DNA of 64,000 nucleotides from Dictyostelium discoideum (Eukaryota): NCBI GenBank assembly GCA_000004695.1, contig CM000155.2, positions 832,001 to 896,000 of the forward strand, read 5' to 3'. Shown piece by piece: positions 25,038 to 35,600 of this stretch (position 1 is its first letter; each line of letters starts with the position of its first letter). The notes under the pieces were generated by a model. It saw only the letters and a program-made list of their open reading frames with translations, ran no database searches and was not told where the DNA came from. The position numbers and the translations under genes were made by a program.

Positions 25038-25960
25038 GTGGTGGTGGTGGTGATGATGATGATGAATCACCACCAAATGATAAAGATATTCGAAATAGTG
25101 ATGATAATAATAATAATAATAATAATAATGATGATGGAAATGTTCCACCACAATGTAATTTAATTCAAGAGAATGGAACAAAGATTCAATTGAAATTAGG
25201 TCAAGAATTTACATTGGGTAGAACGATTTTAGATATTAGGGATAAATTAGTTAGTAGAAATCAAGCAATCGTAACAATGTTAAAAGATATTTCAACTGGT
25301 TCATATTTTGTTGAATTGATACCAAAGGGTCAAAATCCTGTTCATTTAGTATTGGGTGATAATGATTTCCAACCATTATCTCAAGAATCAAAATATAAAC
25401 TTTTCAATGGTGAAACCTTTTTATTATGTTCTCAAAAATATCCATTCACTATTGAAATATCAGGTGGTAGTAAAAAAGTTAATAATACTAATAATAAACA
25501 ACCAGCAATTTCATTCTCACCAAAGAGTAAAACAACTTCAAATTTATCATCACCATCACAATCATCACAATCATCATCAAATAGTTCAAATAAAAGACCA
25601 TTAAATGATGATGATTTTGAAGGTGAAGGTAATAAAAATCATTCTTCACCTGCTAAAAAAAAGATTGCAACAACACCAAGTAAAAATAATTCAGAGAAAC
25701 CAAAACCAAAACCAAAACCAAAGCAAAAGAAAAAGGATGATTTTATCGACGAAGATGATTATCAAGAAGAGGATGAAGATTCTGATGATGATTATGTACC
25801 TTCTCAAAATGATGATGACGATGATGATGAATATGGTTCAGATTTTAAACCATTTATTAAATCAAGAAGTCAAGATAAACCAAAATGTAAATATGGTTCA
25901 TCTTGTTACAGAACTAATCCTGATCATTTAAGAGAGTTTAGTCATCCAAATAAAAAATAA
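23161..25960 (+). CDS. APLF-like multidomain DNA-damage-response protein: PARP-type zinc finger, UNG-like (apparently inactive) uracil-DNA-glycosylase-fold domain, FHA domain and C-terminal PBZ zinc finger. 2 exons: 23161..23340, 23453..25960 (895 aa)
   Basis: - Exon 1: YRIEYASTGRSSCKQAKCKKQIEKGAVRIG...DWFHPNCFFE (zf-PARP), GTATTT donor.
- Exon 2 continues VDDIDDLIGFDDLSKSDQKNIK.
- UNG-like blocks: CNVVIVGSSPDTK...GFSYC, KQGVLWLNSVSLTS, VVFVLLGKQSTHF.
- APLF/PNKP-type FHA: LGRTILDIRDKLVSRNQAIVTMLKD...NPVHLVLGD.
- C-terminal CKYGSSCYRTNPDHLREFSHP matches the PBZ consensus C-x5-C-x6-H-x5-H. Confidence 0.75.
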
Positions 25961-26094
25961 ATTAAATTAAATTATATTAAATAATTAATAATAAAAACAA
26001 AAAAAAAATAAAAAACAAAGAAATCTCTTTTTATTAAATAAATTTTGTGTTTTTGTCTTTATTTTTATTATTATTACTGTTATTATTATTACTA

Positions 26095-26430
26095 TTAAAT
26101 TTGTAATATATTTTGAAAAAAAGATAGAATTATATGAACAATTGTTAAAACTAGACTACATAAAAAACTTTGATACCATTTTAGGGTTAGATTAGCACTA
26201 ACACATACTGCAGTTAATATAATTGATGATATTACACCATAAAATAATCCAATGGCAAAACCATATATTGTGGTTATAACTGGAAAAAAAGGTGAAAATT
26301 TGGTTTTTTTAATTGAAAAACTTGCTGATAATCCAGATAAAAAGTAAGCACTACTAATTAAAAATGTTACCCAGAATGTTATTGAAATAAATATATCAAA
26401 ATATGTATTACTATGTTCAAGATTAACCAT
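26095..26430 (-). CDS. Small multi-pass membrane protein (111 aa), family not recognised
   Basis: ORF with three or four hydrophobic helices (FWVTFLISSAYFLSGL; ITTIYGFAIGLFYGVISSIILTAV; CSLVLTIVHIIL). The extreme C-terminus may be read-through into an intron or UTR. Confidence 0.3.
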   Translation of the reverse strand: MVNLEHSNTYFDIFISITFWVTFLISSAYFLSGLSASFSIKKTKFSPFFPVITTIYGFAIGLFYGVISSIILTAVCVSANLTLKWYQSFLCSLVLTIVHIILSFFQNILQI

Positions 26431-26562
26431 TAATTATTATCGCCCAACTTTAACATTTACAATTAATTGTTACCACTAACCTTCAAGATTTACCAATTTA
26501 AATATCCAAACTTTTTTTATTTTTATTTTTATTTTTAATTATTAATATAATTTCACTAGAAA

Positions 26563-26614
<52 letters not shown>

Positions 26615-26673
26615 AATATCTATATTATTATTACTTTTCTTTTAAAATTGTAGGGGAATTATAAAAAGGAATC

Positions 26674-26707
<34 letters not shown>

Positions 26708-26847
26708 GTAATTTATTTCCAAAATGATTTTATAACCTCATAAATTTTTTTTTTTAACTGAATTATTTTTTTTCAATATTTTTATTTTTCATTATTGTAA
26801 TCTATAACCAGTGTTGATTAGGAATAAATAAATGATATTCTTAAAAA

Positions 26848-26912
26848 AAAGTTTATAAAAAAGTTTATAAAAAAGTTTATAAAAAAGTTTATAAAAAAGT
26901 TTATAAAATAAT
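26848..26912. repeat. 12-bp tandem repeat (AAGTTTATAAAA) x5
   Basis: Five perfect head-to-tail copies about 250 bp upstream of the tRNA gene. Confidence 0.85.
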
Positions 26913-27157
26913 CCAAAATTTAAAACAATTAATTTATTGAATTGTTTAAGAAAATAAAGTTTTGATCATTAATTTTGAAATTAAAAATCCAAACAAAAAT
27001 AAAAAACATTGTTATTTTTTGATTTAAAAAATAATTATATATAAATAAATTAATTAATAAACTATTTTTAAAATTCCGATAAAATGTTTTTTTTGGGGAA
27101 AAAAAAATTTAAAAAAAAAAATTAAATTTCTGTATTTAATCAAAAAAAATATAAAAA

Positions 27158-27228
27158 GCGTATGTGGTCTAGTGGTATGATGCATCCCTGCCACGGATGC
27201 GAACTGGGTTCGATTCCCAGCATACGCA
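27158..27228 (+). tRNA. tRNA-Gly (anticodon GCC)
   Basis: The sequence folds as a cloverleaf. Acceptor stem GCGTATG/CATACGC. Anticodon arm CATCC-CTGCCAC-GGATG with U33 and A37. T-arm CTGGG-TTCGATT-CCCAG, with internal B box GGTTCGATTCC. A T-run follows downstream. Confidence 0.9.
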
Positions 27229-27261
27229 AAAAAATTTTTAGCCTTATTTGAAAAGTATGTA

Positions 27262-27272
27262 GGTTCGATTCT
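27262..27272 (+). promoter_or_regulatory. External B box (exB) downstream of the tRNA-Gly gene
   Basis: GGTTCGATTCT copies the internal B box and lies about 34 nt past the tRNA 3' end. This arrangement is characteristic of Dictyostelium tRNA loci. Confidence 0.5.
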
Positions 27273-27284
27273 TACAGACATGAA

Positions 27285-27356
27285 AAAACAAAGAAATCCT
27301 CATCTAATTAGCAAAAATTATAAAGGAATTCCAATTGGATTTAATCTTAATTTAAA
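27285..27356 (+). mobile_element. Short TRE3-A-derived patches (ORF2-internal sequence) at the tRNA-proximal junction
   Basis: AGAAATCCTCATCTAATTAGCAAAAATTA(T/C)AAAG matches ORF2 around 30367-30405. AAAGGAATTCCAAT matches the start of the truncated copy at 43342 (ORF2 around 31788). Confidence 0.5.
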
Positions 27357-30300
27357 CCGTACCGCTATCAAGAGGATACAAGATACACGTGAAAAGTAAT
27401 TCATCCTTTTCTATCCTTAATCTCGGTCAATTTTAACCAATCTTTCGAAAAAAATCACCAATCCACCACGATCTACAGATCTAACTTACCAAATCACCGA
27501 TTCAAAGGAATCCCATCGAGATGAATTCCTACGCAGACGCGGCTAAAATGGCCAACCCCTCCACCCATATGGACGAGGCATCGGAGAACTTCATTAAGGA
27601 ATTCTCCACAAAAACAGCAGAGATAAAGGAAACTTACCCCAAACTATCAATAGGCCTCAAAGACATCTCCAAATACTGCGAGACCATATTGAACATGACT
27701 GCGCTCTCAACCTACGAGAAGAACAACGGATTCTACCCAATTACACTCGAATTCCCCAAAATGGATCTCAAGGGGTTAGAAGAAATGAGAAAAACACTCT
27801 CAAACTACGATATCCCAATCGACAAGATATACATAGGCAAAGGAACTAGAAAAATGATCCACCTGATGATTAAAAAAGAACAATCTCTCCTAAATATCAT
27901 TAGAGATAGAAGCAAATTGGGAACCTTCATCACCTCCAGTAGAGACTTCCACGTTCTCACAGGAAGAGTAAGAATTCCCAGAGAAAAGGCAGGAATAGTG
28001 GACGCCCTCATCAAAACTGCCTTTGCAGAAGAAATACCCTATGCAATATACAATACTATATACTCCACCGACCACCTCATAGTATTCGGTCTAATAGAAT
28101 GCAAAATAGGCGATCAAATGAAATCTGGCCAACACATTACAGAAATCGCAAACTTTACCATCAGAACGGCCACCAAAACCTACTCCTCACAAAAGAAAAA
28201 CAAGAAAGTAGAGACAAACAACACGGAGGAACCATTACCATCAGAACGGCCACCAAAACCTACTCCTCACAAAAGAAAAATAAGAAAGTAGAGTCAAACA
28301 ACACGGAAGAACCATTAGAAGATGAGATGACAGATGATCCTCCCAACATCCAAAACAGGATAGCAATCAAATCCTCTCAACCAAAACCACAACAACAAAC
28401 AAACAACCCAGCAAACAATAAGTCTGATAAACAATCAACCCAAGAGAAAAAAGCCCAATCAAAAAAGTCCTCTCAACCTCTTCCCCCCAAAAACCAAGCA
28501 GAATCTCAATCTGTCAAACCCACCACAACCACTACCACAACATCCAACGCCATCCAAAAAGACAATGCCAACAAAACGAGCACTAACATCCATTCATCCT
28601 CGGAAAACAGAGAGAAGACACCAAACATCCCTCCATCACATAAACGCAAGAACGAGGAAATCCACTCAAACAACGAGGTCACCCAACTCTCACCAACAAT
28701 AAACAGAAGCAACCCTTACATCCCATCCACCCCTAAGACACCTGTCAAAAAAGAAAGGAAAGGAATCATTGAGAGCTTCATAGAGAGTATCTACCCTTCA
28801 CCATCCAAACCGCAGCTATACGACTCCCAAGAGGAGATCGATATCATCTCATAATGGTAGTAATCAAAATCAACCAATGGAATGTCAGAGGTTGGGGCAC
28901 TGACACCTCCTTCAAAAACAAAACAGACTTTATCAAATCCCAATCCCCCCCAAACTCATTGGCACTAACCATAGTCAATGAACTCAACGCCGACGCAACA
29001 CAAGCACACCAGCTATTTCCTGGCTCCATCATTAGCGCAACCAACAGAGGCAACGGAATAGGAATACTAAACCACAACAACCAAAACATAAAACTCTCAC
29101 CAATATTCATAATAGAAGGTAGACTAATAATATCAGACATTCTAATAAAAGATACCACAACGAGAATCTTGGCCATATACGCCCCGGCCCAACCTGATAA
29201 AAGAAAAATACTAGCTTCAACACTAAACAAACACTTCAACAACCAATACCACAACCTAACGTCTAACCCTAAAAAAAACATCGACATCATAGCAGGCGAC
29301 TTCAATTGTTTAGACTTCAATGACAATCACACATCAAATGATGACCAAGGCAACTTGACAACACAATCCCCAGATGAGATGGCCACAGTAATCGAAGCCA
29401 TCAGAATTTCAAATAACCTAATGGATATGGACCAACTAAATAAAAGACCCACCTTCTCAAGAACGATACACAACACAAACAATAACCTCACAAGAATCTT
29501 GGAAAGGAGACTAGACAGAATATACCTTAACAATAGCTTAATCAACTACAGCCAATTATACTTAAGGAACCTAATCCCCCCAAAAATTAACGACATACCT
29601 CTATCAGATCACAACTTCCTATCAACCACTTTCACTCTACCCAACATACAGATGAACAAGCGCAGATGGAGATTAAAAAAATCCTCAATCCTCTCAAGCA
29701 TAATGCTTAAGAAAATAGACTTCCTACTTAACGATTATTCAAGGGAGCTGTCATCCAACCATAACTCTATTTCCTTCTCTCAACTCAACAGCTTACTGAA
29801 CAAAATAAAACAACTATACACCGAATTTCAAAAACAAAACGACTACAACAATAAGGCAAACATCAAAAATCTAATCTCCCTACTAGAGACAGAATTTAAA
29901 GACCAAGCCTTCGCAACCCTTTCAGCAATAAATGAATCTAAAAAAAGAGAAGAACAACTTAAACAAGAATTGAACAACTATTGCGAAGAAACCTCACTCA
30001 AGTACATCTCCGCGAGAATCAAGAAAAGACACAATGATTTCACCATCAACGCAGTAAAAGATGCACAAGGTAGAACAATTAACAAACAGGAATTGATCGA
30101 AGAAGAATACGTAAAATATTACTCAAATCTTTATGACTACAAAGAAGATGACCCACTATCTCATTACGAAATGTTGGAAAATTGGACAGTGACCAGGGAC
30201 TCAACATGGGACAACCTTGAAAATGAATTCACCTCACAAGAAATCCTAGAAGTAATAAAACAACTGAACCCACACAAATCTCCAGGTCCAGATGGAATTC

Positions 30301-32655
30301 CAAACTTATTCTACATAACACACAAAGAAAAACTAGCTCCAATACTGGCCTCAGCATTCAACGACACTCTAAGAAATCCTCATCTAATTAGCAAAAATTA
30401 CAAAGAAGGCCTCATTATCACGATACCTAAAAAGGGAGACCCCGAACTAATCAAAAACAGAAGACCAATTACACTGGCTAACTGTATATATAAAATCCAC
30501 TCAAAGCTAATAAACAATAGAATAATCCCAATACTAACGAAAGTGATCAACCACAATCAAAAAGGTTTCGTACCAGGCAGATTCATTATAGATAATATCA
30601 TATCAATGAACGAATTAATCAACTATTGTAATGATAAAAGAATTAACGGAATAATTACACTATATGATTTCGAAAAAGCTTTTGACTCGATCTCACACGG
30701 TTCAATACTCAGATCACTACAACACATCAACATTCCAACCAATATAATCAACCTGATAATGAATCTACTCACCAAATCTGAAGCAAGAATTGAAATTAAT
30801 GGTAGAACTACTATACCCTTTGAGATCAAAAGAGGAGTTAAACAAGGAGATCCACTATCACCCACCCTGTTCGTCCTTGTAATAGAGGCTTTAGCTAGAA
30901 AAATTTTACAAGATGACCGAATTACTGGCCTTCCTCTAAACAACAGCAACCACAGAGAGAAATTCCAAAGCTTTGCAGACGACTCGGCTTCAATGGTCCC
31001 AGACTCTCAACAACTTGAATTAGTACTACAACACTTCAATTCATTTTGCAAAGCCACCTCCTCAAAACTTAACATCGACAAATCTTCATCAATTCTTATA
31101 GGCAACCCAGACAATACCAACCAAAGAATTCCAATATCTACAAATCCAGAAAGATACTTGGGATACTTCTTCACAGGTAAAGGGATAACAAGAAAAATGC
31201 CAGAAATATTAAACACAATAAGATCATCCTTAGTACTATGGAAAACCACTGACTCAACAATCAAAACCAAAACCAACATCCTCAAAGCATTCGCACTCTC
31301 TAAATTAACCTACTATTCATATGTAGAGAACTTTAAGGAAGAGGAATTAAACCAAATCAATAAATTAGTCGAATGGTTTTTATCGGCACCAAACAACAAA
31401 AATGCTAGTGGATTTCAAGTTATTAATTTAATGAGAACCAAAAGAGCAAGATACCCACTAAAAGTAGGGGGCTGGAACATTTGGAATATAGAATTGAGAC
31501 AACTGGCGCAGAAACTTTGGATCATAAACCAGTTCATCCTAGCACTAGAAACCAAACAAACAAACTCATCTCATCACAAAAGCTGGGAATATCAGATCCA
31601 AAAAAACAAATTCACATCCAGATACCTAAAAGAAAACTTACGAATGGAACAAAATAAGAATAAAAAAAAGCAATCTTCAACAATAATCTCACATCCATAA
31701 AAAACGAAAATGGACAACCACTTTCACTGGCAGAATGGTATACCACAATTCAAGACCAAAATCCAATCATCCCTAAAACGGAATTCCAATCATCTCTAAA
31801 CTTAAGAGGCTACAGCTATAATCAACTCTTCAACAACATACTGAAGATAAAAGACCCTAAAACAAGAGACACAATGTTTAGATTCCATGCCAGATGCCTT
31901 CCAATAAACTACCTTCACAACAAACAATGCCCACTCTGCAAAGAAGATATGAGCAAAGACCCATACGGTCACCTGTTCTTCTCATGCAAGAAAACAAAAC
32001 AATTCATAAAAATAAATAAACTCAAAAATTTCATCTTTATTACCACAGGCAAAGGTAAAAACTGGCACCATACAAGAATTAGGCAAAATAACAATTTCAT
32101 TAATAGAATAACTCCAAAATTATCACCGACAGCCAAAAAAGATCAAGAAGTGAATGCAGATTACGCCAACCACAGATTCCACAAAGAATACTTTGAATGG
32201 AACTATAAAGCAATAGACTATGATCTAACTAGATCATTCGCATATAGAAACCTAATGGCCCTTATCCTCCACAACATTTGGATTTGGATTTGCAATCAAA
32301 TATACAGTGAAGATCCTTTAACAAATGAATCACTATCATACAGCTCCCTTCTAAAGAAATGGCACAAATTGGCCACTCTAGAATACATCAAAAAAGCAAA
32401 AGATCTGAAAAACTTATCAGCAAAAGACCATAATAATTTCAAAGATCCTAAGATCCTTCTCACCTCAACGATCAAGCTAAGAAAAACAACAGCTAATTAC
32501 TATTGTATTCCAGAATCATCTCTCCCAAATATTATATCTTTTGATCAATTCATATGATTAAAATAACCCTTCAGCTTAAATGATAAGCCTATAAATAAAT
32601 ATTAAATAAAAACTCGTATTAACACAGATGGACATATATCAATCTTGTTAATCCA

Positions 32656-32690
<35 letters not shown>
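27357..32690 (+). mobile_element. TRE3-A-like tRNA-gene-targeted non-LTR (poly-A) retrotransposon, copy 1, about 5.3 kb, about 125 bp downstream of tRNA-Gly in the same orientation
   Basis: - 5' UTR starts CCGTACCGCTATCAAGAGG.
- ORF1 27521..28854 carries an internal 85-bp tandem duplication (28151-28235 and 28236-28320) that shifts the frame.
- ORF2 28854..32557 begins in a TAATG overlap with ORF1. It has APE endonuclease motifs (GDFN, SDH), RT motifs (FADD) and a C-terminal CCHC knuckle (CPLCKEDMSKDPYGHLFFSC). It is frameshifted near 31640.
- The 3' UTR ends in A30. Confidence 0.85.
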
Positions 32691-32691
<1 letters not shown>

Positions 32692-35600
32692 AAAGAAATA
32701 AACGAGAATTTATACATATAATAAATAAATCACTGTTATATCTTCACCGCCACATTCATTCCTCTTAATTTTACCCTTTTTTGCTCAGTAAAGCAAGGGC
32801 TATTGTCCTATATACTTTTCAACAATGGCTGATGACCACTCAACTGAATTACAGTTAAATCATACAGATAACAACACAACCAATACAAATAATACCTCCA
32901 CAACCTCAACAACAAAAAACAAAAGTGCAAAAATCGACACACCTAAAAAACAAACCCCAACAAACCAACTCTCACTAAACAAAGGACTTGATAATCAATT
33001 AGATATCATTGCACCTCCATCAATCACAAGACCACTCTCTTTCTTAGAAAAAAAACAATAACACCATCAACATCAAGTGTTACTTTAATCAACCACACAT
33101 CCGTGAAGAATTAACCTCAAAAGATGACACAAGAATTCAACAAATTCACAAAAACATTCACAAACTCTTCGAAGATATACTGTCGCCATCAGCATTCAAA
33201 ATAATTGGCGCAACTGCCTTCGTAAATTGCAACGTTGATAAATTAACTTCAATAATCAACCTTCAAAACCAACTTGCACTAAATATCGACAAACTCAACT
33301 ATAGATTCGATATATCATCAAATGATTATGCAATCATTAAAACATTCATTCAAACGTACTCACCCAAACATGCAAACGATGCAATTACAAACAACCTCAC
33401 TAAATTCACCAGTTGTACATCAATTGAATCATTTACTGTCACATACTCATATGCTGTTGCGTTTAAAAGCTACATTATAACATATCATCTAATTGATCAC
33501 ACACACAACATTGTTGATCAAAAGATCGAACAACCATCTGGTATCACAAGATATATCAAAGCTGCAACACGTAGTGTCACTAAACACAAAATTCAACATG
33601 CAAAAAATGCAGATATGGCAACAACTATAAAAAATGCCATCACAAACCCAAACATGAACAAAAACAATCAACCACCAAAAAACAACATTAAAACCCCACC
33701 AATCAACGAAATTGCAAATTCCAATCGCAATAATAACTCACTTCAAAATAGTGGTTCAAAAGCTATACTAAATGAATCACTTGATATTAACAATCAATCC
33801 CAAAACAATAATGAAATTTCACACAAAAGTGATTCTTCAAATAATAATAACGGGAAAAACTCATTATCAATGAGCAATCCAACCGATCCAACAATTGTAC
33901 CACAAAAACCTCTACAATCTCAACCAAACAAACCAAGTGCACCAACTCAAAATACAATAAATACAAGAAGAAGCAGCAATGCCCTGACTACACAACCAGT
34001 CAATACTGGTGCTGCCAAACCTAGTAAGGTATGAGCTCAAAAATCAACTTTATAACATGGAATTGTAGAGGATTCACTGAAAACCCAAACAATCAACACA
34101 ATTCCTACCAAAAAGCTGTTGACACACTACAACTACTTATATCAAAACTTCCACCTCGTCCAACAATCTCAATACTCACTGAACTCAATTCATCACCATT
34201 ACAACTTAAACATGATTTTCCCGATCACATCATCTCTGTCACCAAACGAGGAAATGGTGTAATCATCATTAACCATAACCCAAACACACTCAAACTCAAA
34301 CACATATCAACAATTGATGGTAGAGCTATTTTAGCAGACGTTATATTTCCAAATCAATTACCAATTGGTATTCTTGGAATTTACGCACCAGCATCAAATA
34401 ATACCATCAAAAAGAATTCATATGCAACTTCACTACAAACACTTCTCCACAACCACTCAACAAACCCAATACCAAACCAATCCCAACATGTATCTATTAT
34501 CGCAGGAGATTTCAACTGTATCCACAACGACAATTCACTATTAGATGATATTATCCAATCCTACACATACCAACACCATCTAATTGATCAAGGTGAATTT
34601 AAAAACACTCCAACTCATACACATGGTAACAGATTAGATAGAATATATACTCAATACAATAGAATAGACCCTGAAAATATATATACTCAAGTCCACCAAA
34701 TTCCATCTTCATTATCAGATCATAATCCAATATCAACAACAATTTCTTCACCTTTTCAAATAAATAAACATAAGAAAAGATGGATATTATCACCTGGTAC
34801 TGCAAATGACCATGAAGCAATCAATATTATCAATCATTTAATAACTAATCACAATAACACATCAATCAATCAATTTACAAATTGGTCAAAAGTAAAATCA
34901 AAAATTATTAAAACTCTAAAAAACTATCAATATAACAAAGACAAACAAACTCAACGTGCAAAACAAATACTATTAGAAAAAGCAGCAAAATTCAAACATC
35001 TTGAAGAACAATGCATCGCTGAATACAATATTATATGTAACAAAAACAAATTACATCAAAACCACACAAACATATTAAAAAAACATATAAATGGAGAAAT
35101 ACCTAGCAAGTATCTATCAGCAATACTAAACAAAAGATCAAAAGATGCAAAAATTGAATCAATCCAATATGGTAACATCATTACATCCGACCCCGACCAA
35201 ATTGAAAATGCATTTGTTGAATTCTACACAAATCTGTATAGCTTACAAATATGTTGTCCAATTACTCACCAGCTCATGCTAAACACTTGGCCCATCATAA
35301 AAAATGAATATTGGAATGGTTTAGACTCACCATTTATACAAGAAGAAGTTGAAGCTGCAATTAAAACCTGTAACCCCAACAAATCACCCGGTCCAGATGG
35401 CGTTACAAATGCATTCTACATTAATCATTTAAACCAAGTTAAACCAATTCTCACTACATTATTCAACGATATACTAGAAAATCCTCACCACATCACAACA
35501 GAATTCACAGAAGGTCTTATACACACAATATACAAGAAAGGCAACCCCTTACTCATATCAAATCGACGTCCCATTACACTTCTTAACACTGATTACAAGA

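Noticed and set aside
28099-28854. 251-aa ORF inside TRE3-A copy 1 that looks like a separate gene
   Set aside because: It is the second half of ORF1 read in the frame created by the 85-bp internal duplication. It is collinear with residues about 200-417 of the intact ORF1 in copy 3.
29327-31285. Antisense ORFs of 72-160 aa inside the retrotransposon ORF2s (e.g. 28844..29326, 30623..30949, 31007..31285, repeated in each copy)
   Set aside because: They recur only because the element is repeated. They have no start context and are hydrophobic or low-complexity. They are typical chance ORFs opposite an A-rich sense strand.
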